Source: a candidate division WOR-3 bacterium
Lineage (GTDB): Bacteria > Hydrothermota > Tepidihabitantia > SM23-42
Direction: 5' to 3'
Assembly: GCA_020343595.1 (NCBI GenBank)
Contig: CP070802.1
Location: 297,151-361,150 of the forward strand
DNA: 64,000 nucleotides
Shown: piece by piece, positions 38,220-48,687 of the stretch
How positions within the stretch are numbered: position 1 is the first letter of the stretch
Layout: each line of letters opens with the position of its first letter
Notes under the pieces: generated by a model
Seen by the model: only the letters and a program-made list of their open reading frames with translations
Database searches by the model: none
What the model was told of the DNA's origin: nothing
Made by a program: the position numbers and the translations under genes

Positions 38220-40414
38220 TATTTCTCTTCTTCCTCCTGAGCTACACTATAGCCGACATCGATGTCGAAGCAAAGTGGTCGGACCATGAGTTAATTGTGG
38301 AATCAAGTGGTTTACAGGTGGGCGCCACATTTGAAGATGTCCAAATACGTAAAGCAATAGAGAATCTCTCCAAGCTACGTCTCTTCAATTTCATCGCCAT
38401 CGATACATCGATAGTAGGAGACGGGATATTCATGAGAATCATCGTCGAGGAAGCTCCTTATTTGAAGGGCGTTCCACAATTCACCGGCAACAAGAAAATA
38501 AAGGACGGCGATCTGCTCAAGAAGATTGAACTCCGCGCTGGACAGATCCTCAACGACAAAACCATCTTTGATGCTCACTGGAAGATTCTCGATTTCTACC
38601 GGGAAAAGAATTTTCATGAAACACAGGTCAGTGAAAGTCTTTCCGTCGATTCACTGAACAAAGCGAAGTTGTTCTTCACCATAAGTGAGGGCATTGAGCC
38701 GCGTATCGGAAAGATAATAATAGAAGGCAATACGGCAATTACGGACAAGAAGATCAAGGGAAAGATGTCGACCAGAGAAGCCGGTTTTCTGAAATCGGGC
38801 AGGCTGATAAAGGAGAAACTAGATGAGGATATTGAAACGATAGCGGCGCTCTACAAAGAAAACGGATTTCTCGATGTAGTTGTCCACCAGCCGGTCGTCG
38901 AGGTGAAGGACAATAGATTTATCATTACCATTGAGGTTGAGGAAAATCAGAAGTACTATGTAGGAGAAATCACATTCGAAGGAAACACATTGTACACAGA
39001 AACCGAACTTGAACGTGTGATGAAGATCCACGGCGGCGATGTATACAACCTCGTCCATGCGGAAGAAAGCATTCAGAACATGTATACGCTGTTTGCGGAT
39101 GAGGGGTATATCTATTGTTCCATTGTGCCGCTTGAGAACGTCCGCGACAGCATAATTGATATCGACTACAAAATCAACGAATCTACACCAGCAAACGTTA
39201 AACTGGTCACCATCACCGGCAACCACCGAACCCGTGAAAAGGTAATCCGCAGGGAGATCATAACGATTCCTGGCCAGCGATATCGAAGATCGGATGTCAT
39301 CCGAAGCCAGCGGGAGATTTTCAATCTCGGATTCTTCGACGACATACAGATAATGCCGGGTAATGCTGACAGCGAAGGTAACATTGACATAGTATACGAT
39401 GTCAAAGAGAAGGAAGGCCTGGCTACAGTTGGCGCTGGCATCGCCTATTCTCCGCAGGACAAAGCAACGGGGTATGTCGAATTCTCGCATCCTAATCTCT
39501 TCGGCCGGGGACAGCGCCTGTACACGAAGTTCGAACTTGGGGGCAGATTGACAAACGTCCAAGTGGGTTTCACCGAACCCTGGTTGTTCGATACACGGAC
39601 CTCTGCGGGTGTGGACATATACTATGTGAATAGATTGTACGAATACTATACGAAGAGGGATATCGGGTTTGCAACCCGCGTATCACTGCCTTTCTATCTT
39701 GATTATACAAGATTCAGTTACGGTTTCAGAACCGAGAGAACTCAGATACTTGATATCGCCAGGTCTTATACACCACCCGAGACAGGATACAGCCTCTACG
39801 ATGATACCATACCGAAGTGGACGATCGCCAATTCTTTCTCGATTAGCAGAGACTCACGTGACTACATATTCAACGCATCTAGTGGCTCGTACATTTCTCT
39901 CGGTGCCGAATTCGCGAAGAAGATTCTATATGCAAATATCGACTACAATCGGTATACGATTGATGCAAGGGCATATTTTCCGATCATATGGAAGATATCC
40001 CTCATGACGCGTATCAGCGCAGGTGTGGTTACGAGCTCTAATGAAGTTCCGATCTACAAGCGTTTCTATGCGGGTGGAATCGGAACCGACGGAGTCCGTG
40101 GATATCCGGACCGTTCACTCTCTCCGGTTGAGGACGGACGGGTCGTAGGAGGCAACGCCGTCCTGATAAATAACATCGAATTGAAGCTGAAATTGTCCCC
40201 GGGCATGGCGTTCGTTCTCTTCTTCGATGCCGGAAATACCTTCAAATCCTACCGTGACATGAATCTGCATGACCTTTACCGCGGTGCAGGTGCCGGTATC
40301 AGAGTCGAGGTCCCGATGATCGGAGTCATGGGGTTTGACCTCGGCTATGGTTTCGACCGTGAAAATCCTGGATTTGAACCGCATTTCCAGATTAATCCAT
40401 TTGGCATGTTTTAG
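38216..40414 (+). CDS. bamA: Outer membrane protein assembly factor BamA (Omp85; POTRA domains + C-terminal beta-barrel)
   Basis: POTRA repeats. Barrel ending ...INPFGMF. Followed by skp. Start overlaps the clpC stop (ATGA). Confidence 0.85.
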   Translation: MIFLFFLLSYTIADIDVEAKWSDHELIVESSGLQVGATFEDVQIRKAIENLSKLRLFNFIAIDTSIVGDGIFMRIIVEEAPYLKGVPQFTGNKKIKDGDLLKKIELRAGQILNDKTIFDAHWKILDFYREKNFHETQVSESLSVDSLNKAKLFFTISEGIEPRIGKIIIEGNTAITDKKIKGKMSTREAGFLKSGRLIKEKLDEDIETIAALYKENGFLDVVVHQPVVEVKDNRFIITIEVEENQKYYVGEITFEGNTLYTETELERVMKIHGGDVYNLVHAEESIQNMYTLFADEGYIYCSIVPLENVRDSIIDIDYKINESTPANVKLVTITGNHRTREKVIRREIITIPGQRYRRSDVIRSQREIFNLGFFDDIQIMPGNADSEGNIDIVYDVKEKEGLATVGAGIAYSPQDKATGYVEFSHPNLFGRGQRLYTKFELGGRLTNVQVGFTEPWLFDTRTSAGVDIYYVNRLYEYYTKRDIGFATRVSLPFYLDYTRFSYGFRTERTQILDIARSYTPPETGYSLYDDTIPKWTIANSFSISRDSRDYIFNASSGSYISLGAEFAKKILYANIDYNRYTIDARAYFPIIWKISLMTRISAGVVTSSNEVPIYKRFYAGGIGTDGVRGYPDRSLSPVEDGRVVGGNAVLINNIELKLKLSPGMAFVLFFDAGNTFKSYRDMNLHDLYRGAGAGIRVEVPMIGVMGFDLGYGFDRENPGFEPHFQINPFGMF

Positions 40415-40544
40415 TATTGAATTATACTATCGAAAATTACCCATGCATATCGACCTGATGCCGGGCAAAAGTACGCGCCCAGAAATGGTTGAGCCTCTTC
40501 GCTCTAACGGAAGGCATGGGCAGGTCACTCAATTTGGAGGACAG

Positions 40545-41489
40545 ATGAAGAAATTGCTCTTTCCCATACTTCTCTTGCTGAATATCACTTCGGCACGAGA
40601 GGTCAAGATCGGCCTCGTAGATGCTGAACGGGTCATGAATGAGTACCAGGCGACGGCAGCAGCAACGGCTGAATTCAATCAATATGTCTTCACGTTCCGG
40701 GATTCTGCAGCGCTCTTGAAGAGAAAGATCGATGAACTGAAATCAGAATTGGATGCGCAGGAACTGGTATTGTCAGAAGAGGCAAGGCTCAGGAAGATAG
40801 ACGAAATCGAGGCATTGACTGAATCCTACAATCAGTTCCTTCAGAACATATTCGGCACGCGCGGGAAGGTCGAGCAGAAGAATGATGAACTCATGGCGCC
40901 GCTGCTTGAGAAGATCAACAACGCAATCACAAAGATTGCCGAGCAAGAGGGCTTCGAGATCGTTATCGAACTGTCTGAAGGTGTTTACTATGCATTGAGT
41001 GAACTTGACATCACCGATATGGTGATCAACGAATTGAATCTTGAATACGGACCAACGACCCTGCCGACAGGCGAAATAAAGAAGGTTATCGTCATTCTTC
41101 CGTTCCGTGAAGAGAACCCTGAGGCCATAAACGCCGGTCTCGGTCAAGTATGCCAGGATGAGCTTTACCGCACGATCAGGATCTTCAGCGGCCGTTATAC
41201 AATCATCGACAAGACCACGATCAACATGGAAATAGTCAAGCGGGGATTGGGAGTTAATGTCATTGACGACAATCAAGCGTACGAGATCGGGTCATCGTTG
41301 CTGTGTGACTATATCATAATGGGACGGGTATCGAAGGTGAGCACCAAGATTGAATATACAGTCATGATCAAGAATGTGAAGGAAAAAACAGAAGTATCCC
41401 GCCGGACAAGCAGCGTGACTGAATTGGTGAAACTCTACGAGGCTCTCAACAATGATCTGAGAGCGCTACTCGAAAAAATTCAGGAATAA
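40545..41489 (+). CDS. skp: Skp/OmpH-like periplasmic chaperone with an additional ~150-aa C-terminal domain of unknown function
   Basis: Start chosen at ATG 40545 (RBS GGAGG 5 nt upstream); signal peptide MKKLLFPILLLLNITSA; Skp-like coiled-coil region. The C-terminal extension beyond normal Skp length begins around VIVILPFREENPEA. The longer ORF from 40335 overlaps bamA. Confidence 0.65.
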   Translation: MKKLLFPILLLLNITSAREVKIGLVDAERVMNEYQATAAATAEFNQYVFTFRDSAALLKRKIDELKSELDAQELVLSEEARLRKIDEIEALTESYNQFLQNIFGTRGKVEQKNDELMAPLLEKINNAITKIAEQEGFEIVIELSEGVYYALSELDITDMVINELNLEYGPTTLPTGEIKKVIVILPFREENPEAINAGLGQVCQDELYRTIRIFSGRYTIIDKTTINMEIVKRGLGVNVIDDNQAYEIGSSLLCDYIIMGRVSKVSTKIEYTVMIKNVKEKTEVSRRTSSVTELVKLYEALNNDLRALLEKIQE

Positions 41490-41508
41490 TGTGAAATAAA
41501 ATACACCG

Positions 41509-41961
41509 TCAACGCGGTTGTAGTCGTTTGACCTCTTTTATCATCTCTCTTATTTCGCGCTCGAATTCATCCTGAAATATCAAATACTTTGCCTGTTGGC
41601 TTGGCGTAAGCATTGTCTGGATTTCCCTCATCTTCTTGATCTGCCGTTCTACCCTTTCCTTCAGAATCTTCTCGTAGGCACCGAGTGATTCCTTTATCTC
41701 CACGTCAGGGGCACCGGTTCCGAGGAGATCCTTGAGATGAACGAGTATTTCCTGACGGCGTTTGCGGAATTCACTGTCGATCTTGTGTAACTCGTTCAGC
41801 TTGGGAAAGAATTCGATCGCTTGCTCAGTGCTAAGATCAAGTTCTTTGGTCAGCCGGTAGATTCTCACCTTTTCGATTATTTCCCGGGGATCTCTCGGAT
41901 CGCTTTCCTGACCGTATGAAAATGCCAAGATGATCAGCAGGAACACAATCATTGTTTTCAT
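41509..41961 (-). CDS. LTXXQ-motif periplasmic protein (Spy/CpxP/ZraP family)
   Basis: Signal peptide. Two LTXXQ motifs (LSTEQAIEF and LTPSQQAKY). Downstream of the ECF sigma / anti-sigma pair. Confidence 0.7.
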   Translation of the reverse strand: MKTMIVFLLIILAFSYGQESDPRDPREIIEKVRIYRLTKELDLSTEQAIEFFPKLNELHKIDSEFRKRRQEILVHLKDLLGTGAPDVEIKESLGAYEKILKERVERQIKKMREIQTMLTPSQQAKYLIFQDEFEREIREMIKEVKRLQPR

Positions 41962-41992
41962 AAATGCCTCCTATGCAAAACCGGCACTGTTG

Positions 41993-42544
41993 CTATGTAC
42001 CGGACAAAAACTTCCTATTCAATGCCAATATGAACTCCTCTTCCTCTTCAGGAGTCAATTCGTCTATCGCCTCTTCGTATGCGGGCAACAGATAGCCCTC
42101 TATGATAATGAGTTCTTTCAACATCTCGTTGTCGACCGTATGGGCAAAAACAAGACCAGCGATCTCCTCGTCTTTGATCAGCTCATCGACAGGGACATTG
42201 AATTCAACTGTGCCGTTACGTGGCCATAGGATTATCAGCAGCAGCGCGGCTACGCCTAGAACCGGAACGAGGACTTCGGCCAGGAACCGCGGCAGCCTGG
42301 ATTTTCGTCCTGACACCCATGAATCAGGCCGGACATTCCTTCTCATTTCTTCGAATGTTTCAGCGGATAGCAAGGATACCTTATCCGCTTTCATCAAACC
42401 GTATAGCTTCTTTAATTCTCTATATTCCTGTGTACATTTCGCACAGTGAGAAATATGCTCGAGCAGCTCTTCACGCTCGAACGGCGCGAGTTCTTCTTCA
42501 AGAAGCTCGACCAACTGTTTGCGCGCTCGTGCACAATCTTTCAT
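41993..42544 (-). CDS. Anti-sigma factor, zf-HC2 type with single TM
   Basis: H-x3-C-x2-C motif (HISHCAKCTQ). TM segment LVPVLGVAALLLIILW. 4-nt overlap with the upstream ECF sigma gene. Confidence 0.7.
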   Translation of the reverse strand: MKDCARARKQLVELLEEELAPFEREELLEHISHCAKCTQEYRELKKLYGLMKADKVSLLSAETFEEMRRNVRPDSWVSGRKSRLPRFLAEVLVPVLGVAALLLIILWPRNGTVEFNVPVDELIKDEEIAGLVFAHTVDNEMLKELIIIEGYLLPAYEEAIDELTPEEEEEFILALNRKFLSGT

Positions 42545-43062
42545 AACCAGTCCTTCAGAGAGATGCGCAATTTCCTTACCGCGTGGTGGTGATTGGCTTT
42601 TGCAGCACCCGTGCTGATTCCCATAATCTCTCCTATTTCTCCGAACGTATATCCGCCATAATGACGGAGTATGAAGGCCATCCGCTGCCGTCCGGGCAGC
42701 CTATGAATTGCCCTATCTATGGCCACCTTCATCTGCGTTCGCTCCCGGAACGTAGCTTCAGCAACCTGCTGTTCTTGAAGGGGCGATGTAGGACGTTTGC
42801 CTCGTGTGAATGAAATACACGCGTTGACAGTAATCCGGTAAACCCAGGTGGATAGCTTTGACTGACCGCGGAACTTGTTGAGATTTCTATAGATCCTGAT
42901 AAATACTTCCTGACTGATATCGCGTGCATCGGCTTCGTTCCTGGTGTATCTGTAACATAGGCTATAGACCGGAACCTTGTACTTTTCGAATATGCGGTCA
43001 AAAGCCTCTTCTTCACCCCTTTTGAATCTGCGAACCAAAATATCATCTTCTTGTGCACTCAC
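42541..43062 (-). CDS. ECF subfamily RNA polymerase sigma factor (RpoE-like)
   Basis: Sigma70 region 2 (ISQEVFIRIYRNLNKF...STWVYRITVN) and region 4 HTH. Confidence 0.85.
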   Translation of the reverse strand: MSAQEDDILVRRFKRGEEEAFDRIFEKYKVPVYSLCYRYTRNEADARDISQEVFIRIYRNLNKFRGQSKLSTWVYRITVNACISFTRGKRPTSPLQEQQVAEATFRERTQMKVAIDRAIHRLPGRQRMAFILRHYGGYTFGEIGEIMGISTGAAKANHHHAVRKLRISLKDWL

Positions 43063-43153
43063 TTTATTAGACGTTTGAATTATGACCGTGGTTTAAGAAC
43101 AAGAGATAGTCGATCAGACTTTGTCCTGTGTACAGAGACGGATTGGCTCTTCG

Positions 43154-43330
43154 CTACTCTTCTTCCTCGGTATATGGCTCAAACTGATCCTTCTCGGCGC
43201 CGCATTCAGGGCACACCCATTCATCTGGCAAATTCTCGAAGGAAGTGCCGGCCTGAATGCCGTTGTCAGGATCGCCAAATTCCGGGTCGTAGATATAGCC
43301 GCATACCGTGCATTGCCATTTGACTATCAT
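43154..43330 (-). CDS. Rubredoxin
   Basis: Two CxxCG knuckles ([17 protein letters not shown]). Likely start MIVKWQC at 43330; the longer ORF extends to 43354. Confidence 0.8.
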   Translation of the reverse strand: MIVKWQCTVCGYIYDPEFGDPDNGIQAGTSFENLPDEWVCPECGAEKDQFEPYTEEEE

Positions 43331-43378
43331 AAACCTCCCTTGCTGAATCTGCAAATTCTACAGAATAAGTCCATAGTG

Positions 43379-44755
43379 TCAAGTGCTCAGCAACCGGGTG
43401 TACAGCCGGACGTATTTCCTTGCCGATTCGTTCCAGGAGAAGTCATATTTCATGCAATTCTCGGAGAGTGTCCTGTAGATACTGGATTTTTTGAACACAC
43501 CATAGGCGGTCTGCACAGCTTTTGCGAGTGCTTTGCCGCTGTACTCGGCAAAGAGGAATCCGTTTCCTCTGGATGAGTTGCTATCGAATTCGAATACGGT
43601 GTCAGCAAGTCCGCCGGTGCTGCGGACGATAGGAACTGTACCATACCTTAGGCTGATCAGTTGTCCCAATCCGCATGGTTCATACTTGGAAGGCATTAGG
43701 AAGAAATCACTTCCCGCATAAATTCGATGAGCCAGTTTGTTGTCGAATTTGATATTAACGCACAACCGGCCGTGATACACATCCTGCAGTCTGAGCAGCT
43801 TCTGATGATAAGATTCCTCACCATAGCCAAGGATGATCATATTGCAGCCCATCTTAATTATCTCGTCCAGGGTGCAGAGAAGGATATCAAAACCCTTCTG
43901 GCCCGCGATGCGCGAAACGATACCGATGAGTGGTTTGTCAGGGTTTAGGCCATGATCTGAACAGAGTCGCGTCTTGTTTCGCTGCTTACCTTCGAAATCG
44001 GTATACTGTTCATAGAGGAGCCTATCCGAACCGGGGTTCCATTGTCCGTAGTCTATTCCGTTAAGGATCCCATGCAGATCTTGTGACCTCGTCCTCAAGA
44101 CCCCGTCAAGACCGAACCCCAATTCCGGCGTCTGTATTTCCCTCGCATAATTGGGTGAGACAGTAGTGACCGAATCAGCGTACACAATACCTGCCTTGAG
44201 AAAGCTTATGTCACCATAGAATTCCAGACCAGCTGGCGACAGATGCTTTCTATCGACGCCCAGTATCGGGAATTTGTCCTTGGAAAATTTGCCCTGATAG
44301 CCAAGATTATGAATGGTGAAGATACTACGAGCCTTCAAAGGTTTGATTTTCATGTACAGCGGCACAAGACCCGACTGCCAGTCGTGGCAATGCACGATGT
44401 CATAGGACTCCTTTTCGATCGCCAGCATGGCCGCCTTACAGAAGAAGGTGAATCGTTCGCAATTGTCGGTAAAATCACCGCTGGAGTCGCCATACAGCCC
44501 GTCCCGGCGGTAGAAATCTGGATGATCCACAAATACGAAGTTGTCTTGACGGTAGTAGTCCACACGATGGTTACCATCCATTTTCAACTGTGCCGACCAC
44601 TCCTTCTTGCCACCAAGCCCCTTGTACCGTGGTAAAATTATCTGAGCATCGATACCCGCATTCGCGAGCGAATGTGGCAGGGCGCCCACAACGTCGGCAA
44701 GGCCACCAGTCTTCGCGTGGGGTACAGACTCGGATGCCACAAAGATCACCTTCAT
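43379..44755 (-). CDS. glgA: Glycogen/starch synthase (GT5, ADP-glucose type)
   Basis: N-terminal KTGGLADVVGALP motif. 458 aa. Confidence 0.85.
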   Translation of the reverse strand: MKVIFVASESVPHAKTGGLADVVGALPHSLANAGIDAQIILPRYKGLGGKKEWSAQLKMDGNHRVDYYRQDNFVFVDHPDFYRRDGLYGDSSGDFTDNCERFTFFCKAAMLAIEKESYDIVHCHDWQSGLVPLYMKIKPLKARSIFTIHNLGYQGKFSKDKFPILGVDRKHLSPAGLEFYGDISFLKAGIVYADSVTTVSPNYAREIQTPELGFGLDGVLRTRSQDLHGILNGIDYGQWNPGSDRLLYEQYTDFEGKQRNKTRLCSDHGLNPDKPLIGIVSRIAGQKGFDILLCTLDEIIKMGCNMIILGYGEESYHQKLLRLQDVYHGRLCVNIKFDNKLAHRIYAGSDFFLMPSKYEPCGLGQLISLRYGTVPIVRSTGGLADTVFEFDSNSSRGNGFLFAEYSGKALAKAVQTAYGVFKKSSIYRTLSENCMKYDFSWNESARKYVRLYTRLLST

Positions 44756-44805
44756 ACTATAGTTGCCAGCGACTGTTTAACGATTTATTCAAAACAGGAG
44801 TCCAG

Positions 44806-45807
44806 TCAGATTATGTTCTTCAGATAAGCCGCTGAATCCTCAGGCCCAGTAGGATTGATATAGAAGCCTGTCCCCCATTCGAAGCCTGCAATGTGGGTGA
44901 GAACGGGGATTATTTCCAGATGGTAATGGTAGAAATCAATGCCGCTCATTGTTATCGGTACCGTGTGAATTATGTAGTTATAGGGCGGTGTGTTCAGGGC
45001 TTTTTTCAAGCGCATCAGGCAATCTTTGAGGATCGCGGCCAGGTCCTTCAACTCTTCTGATGTGGAATCCTCAAAATTGGATCGATGGTTACGCGGCAGT
45101 ATCCAGCATTCGAACGGGAACCGGGGAGCAAAGGGACACACTAGTATGAACGAGTTGTTCTCGCTGATCAGACGCTTTCTTGTTTTGGTTTCCTGGACTA
45201 CGATGTCACAGAATATGCAGCGCTCCCGGTATTCATAATATCTCTTTGCACCATCCATCTCTTCCATTACTCTCTTGGGAACGACCGGAGTTGCGATCAA
45301 CTGCGAGTGGCTATGCTCAAGAGAAGCCCCTGCTGCTGCACCAAAGTTCTTGAATACCATCACGTATCGGAGACGATCATCCTTCTTGAGGTCGAGCATG
45401 CGCTGCTGGTAAGCGTGCACCACGTCGCCGAAGCCCTCTATATCCATATCAGCCAAGTCTTGCTCGTGCACCGGCGTTTCGATAATGACCTCATGGGCTC
45501 CTATACCATTCATGCGATCGTAGATCCCCTCGCCTCTTCTGTCGATCTCTCCCTCGATCCTCAGCGCGGGGAATTTGTTAGGTATGACACGCAGTCTCCA
45601 GCCAGGTGTGTTCGGAGCAGAATTATCTTGACGTATGGAGTATATTTCAGGCGGTGTCGCCGACTCATTTCCTGGACAGAATGGACACTCCTTCGGTGTG
45701 ATCTTCTTGGATTCAGGCGCGGATTTGAAATCCTTCGGACGCTTCGCCCGTTCAGTGGAAATGATTACCCATCGTCCTAAGACAGGGTCTTTCCGTAGTT
45801 CTGGCAT
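44806..45807 (-). CDS. GalT-like HIT-family hexose-1-phosphate nucleotidyltransferase (paralog 1)
   Basis: Zn knuckle CPFCPGNE. Active-site HSHSQ (HxHxQ). 333 aa. Sits 50 nt upstream of glgA. Confidence 0.7.
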   Translation of the reverse strand: MPELRKDPVLGRWVIISTERAKRPKDFKSAPESKKITPKECPFCPGNESATPPEIYSIRQDNSAPNTPGWRLRVIPNKFPALRIEGEIDRRGEGIYDRMNGIGAHEVIIETPVHEQDLADMDIEGFGDVVHAYQQRMLDLKKDDRLRYVMVFKNFGAAAGASLEHSHSQLIATPVVPKRVMEEMDGAKRYYEYRERCIFCDIVVQETKTRKRLISENNSFILVCPFAPRFPFECWILPRNHRSNFEDSTSEELKDLAAILKDCLMRLKKALNTPPYNYIIHTVPITMSGIDFYHYHLEIIPVLTHIAGFEWGTGFYINPTGPEDSAAYLKNII

Positions 45808-45815
45808 TAATGTCT

Positions 45816-47774
45816 TTACTCGTCGGTTTCGGCTTCTGGCTCCGGGTCTTCCTCTTCCGGTTCGGGCAAAAGAACCTGTATTTCCGCTTCTTCCCTTATT
45901 TTTGTAAGGAAATTGGTGGCGAGTTCACTCTGCTGCTCGCGTTTCATCCTCGACTCGATGACGTATCGTACCTCATCAAGACTTCGGTAATGCTCAGGGA
46001 TGTATTCGACCATCTTTATGATGGTCCAGGTACCTTCCTTGACGCTAAAGACATCGCTGATCTCACCGATCTTCAGAGAAAAGAGAACCTTGTCGTAATC
46101 CTCACCCATCATACCCCGACGTATGAGCCCGGTCTCACCACCGCGTACGCTTGTCACCGCGGTTGAATACTCGGCAGCGAGTGAGTCAAAGGATTCAGGT
46201 TTTGCCATGACCTCTTTATGTACCTTCTCGGCTTGTTCCTTGGTGTCAAGCAATATCTCATGGACACGAGCTGATTCTGGCATTTTGAACTCTTCGATGC
46301 GCTCATTGTACTCCTTTTCTACTTCTGCAGAGTCGATAACGATCGCTTCGAGTACAACCTTCTGGTACAAACCCTGATCCATGAGGGTCTTCATGAGGTC
46401 TTTGAATTGCGTGAAATAACCATCGTGCAGAAAGTGCTTCTTACGCCAGGCCAGTTCCAGTCTCAGATCCTCGTTGAACAAGATATCGAGTAATTCTTGA
46501 ACTTTGTCAGGACGGCTCAGGTCCAACTTCGCAAACCGAGGCGTCATACTTTCATTCCGCTGCATTGCAGCATCCCAGGTTATTCTTCTGCCGTTGATTT
46601 TTGCGATTGTGACTTCTCCGCTCTGGTCCAATGTGTCCTTCAAGACCGCGATTATCGAATCGTTATAGACCTCTATTTTCGCCTTCTTTCTTAATTTCTT
46701 GGTGAAGGATTCATCCTCTTTTTCTATATTTGTCGTCCTGACCTGGGGTTCGATCTGCTTCATCACTTCTTCAAAATCACGGTAATATTCAGGTTTGTGG
46801 GAAGTTATGTAGTATATACCGAACTTCTCGTCAAAAGATACAATGCCTGTCAGCGTATTCACCTCTGTTTTGAAGATTATAGAATCTACAGCCGCATGCT
46901 TCCGTCCCGGATAGACGATTCCCATATTCCCGCCGTTACGGGCATTCGTCTCAATCGAATAGAGTTTTGCCAGTGTATCGAAACTAGCAACATCTTTGCT
47001 AAGTGAATCGAGAAGTACTTGAGCAAGACTGTCGGATTCGACAACGATCTCTCTCCCCATTACTTGCTCACGGACTATGTATTTATCTTTGTTCTCTTCA
47101 TAGTATTTCTTCATCTGCTTCTCGGTCGGGGTGGCCTTGCTGATCACCTCATAGGCACGTACCTCATCAAGAAGCAGACTTCTATTCCGGGTGCCGAAGT
47201 TATTCTTGAAAAACTCTGTTTCAGTAATTTCATGTTCCACCGCGCTTGCGTATATGAGACGTTCGGTGATCATCTGTTCAAGTACTGCTTTCTCATCGGG
47301 CCGTGCGAATTGCCCGCCCCTGCCGGTTCTGTCGTCTAATTCGAGGCGAGTTATATTGTACCCATCGATTGTTGCGACATAATCCTGATAGTTCTTCTTG
47401 AAGCATCTTTCGACACCGCTCAGAGAGAACGAATCGAGCGGACTCTTGCGAAAACGCGTTGCCACGATCTCGTACATCCTCGCTGAATTGAGATAATCTT
47501 CCAGTATCTCGAGAACTTGAGCCAAACGGTAATATGCCCAACCGTTCTTATGCTTATAGTTATCAACAACATCTTGATAAATGTCTGCGGCTTTTTGGAA
47601 ATCCAGCAATTTGGTGTAATATATGTCGCCCATCTCGAGCTTCCACTGATAGACATCTTTGTTGCGCTCTATCTTTTCCTCACAGAATTGTATTGCTGCA
47701 TCATAATCTTCGTTCATTACCAGACCAACATATTCCTGTGGTAGTGCGAAAAAAAGTATGAAAAACGTGAGCAT
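45816..47774 (-). CDS. Membrane-anchored periplasmic chaperone / peptidyl-prolyl isomerase (PpiD/SurA-like, two parvulin domains)
   Basis: N-terminal TM. SurA_N-like region. Two parvulin rotamase segments. Acidic C-terminal tail. Confidence 0.65.
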   Translation of the reverse strand: MLTFFILFFALPQEYVGLVMNEDYDAAIQFCEEKIERNKDVYQWKLEMGDIYYTKLLDFQKAADIYQDVVDNYKHKNGWAYYRLAQVLEILEDYLNSARMYEIVATRFRKSPLDSFSLSGVERCFKKNYQDYVATIDGYNITRLELDDRTGRGGQFARPDEKAVLEQMITERLIYASAVEHEITETEFFKNNFGTRNRSLLLDEVRAYEVISKATPTEKQMKKYYEENKDKYIVREQVMGREIVVESDSLAQVLLDSLSKDVASFDTLAKLYSIETNARNGGNMGIVYPGRKHAAVDSIIFKTEVNTLTGIVSFDEKFGIYYITSHKPEYYRDFEEVMKQIEPQVRTTNIEKEDESFTKKLRKKAKIEVYNDSIIAVLKDTLDQSGEVTIAKINGRRITWDAAMQRNESMTPRFAKLDLSRPDKVQELLDILFNEDLRLELAWRKKHFLHDGYFTQFKDLMKTLMDQGLYQKVVLEAIVIDSAEVEKEYNERIEEFKMPESARVHEILLDTKEQAEKVHKEVMAKPESFDSLAAEYSTAVTSVRGGETGLIRRGMMGEDYDKVLFSLKIGEISDVFSVKEGTWTIIKMVEYIPEHYRSLDEVRYVIESRMKREQQSELATNFLTKIREEAEIQVLLPEPEEEDPEPEAETDE

Positions 47775-47876
47775 CTTTCCTCCTTTCTTGAGTGTCTATT
47801 TTACATAAATATCAATTACTGTCAAGCCGAGAAAATCCACTTTACAAATTGCCGATAATGTGTATATTTAAGGCAA

Positions 47877-48643
47877 TGCAGGCGGTTATCGATCTAAAGG
47901 AAATCAAACGCAGTTTCAAGAACCACTTCTGGCAGAGAAAGAAGACAGTGCTTGAAGGCATCTCTTTCGAGATCCGCGAAGGCGAGGTATTCGGGTTTCT
48001 AGGGCCCAACGGCGCAGGCAAGACGACCACGATAAAGATCATCACCGGCCTGATCAGTCCGGACTCTGGCAGTGTACGCATTTTCGGCATGTCACCACAT
48101 TCGCTCAGGGCAAAGCAGCGCATCGGGTTTCTGCCTGAATCTCCATACTTCTACGAGCATCTAACCGGTTATGAATTCCTCAAGATCCATGCGGTATTGA
48201 GCAACCTGAAGATGCACAAAGAAAGGACATGTACCCTTCTGGAGCGCGTCGGCCTGAAGGAAGCGATGCATGTGCAATTGAGGTCATATTCAAGGGGTAT
48301 GCTCCAGCGGATCGGGATAGCCCAGGCAATGATCGGTTCACCTGACCTGCTCATTCTCGATGAGCCTCTTACCGGGCTTGACCCGATAGGTCGTAAAGAA
48401 ATAAAGGACTTGATATTAGAAGAAAAAAACAGAGGTACAACTATATTCTTCTCATCTCATATTCTCCCCGACGCTGAAGCAGTCTGCGACCGCATTGGCA
48501 TCGTCATCGATGGCAGGATAAAGGAGATCGGTGAAATGTCCACTTTGCTCAGCAAGGGTCTCAGTGCTGACCGGATCACGCTTGAGGACTGGTTTGTGGA
48601 TCAGGTAAAGGCTACCACGGAGAAAAATGGGACTATTCAATGA
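47877..48643 (+). CDS. ABC transporter ATP-binding protein
   Basis: Walker A GPNGAGKTT, signature LSRGMLQR, Walker B LLILDEP. Start set at the internal ATG; the ORF extends to 47792. Confidence 0.8.
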
Positions 48644-48687
48644 TGAATTAGGAAATCGACCTGGTGTTGAGTTACGGCCAATGAAAA

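Noticed and set aside
40335-40544. Long N-terminal extension of the skp ORF overlapping the bamA 3' end
   Set aside because: The downstream ATG at 40545 has a GGAGG RBS and begins a canonical signal peptide. The extension is an ORF-finder artefact.
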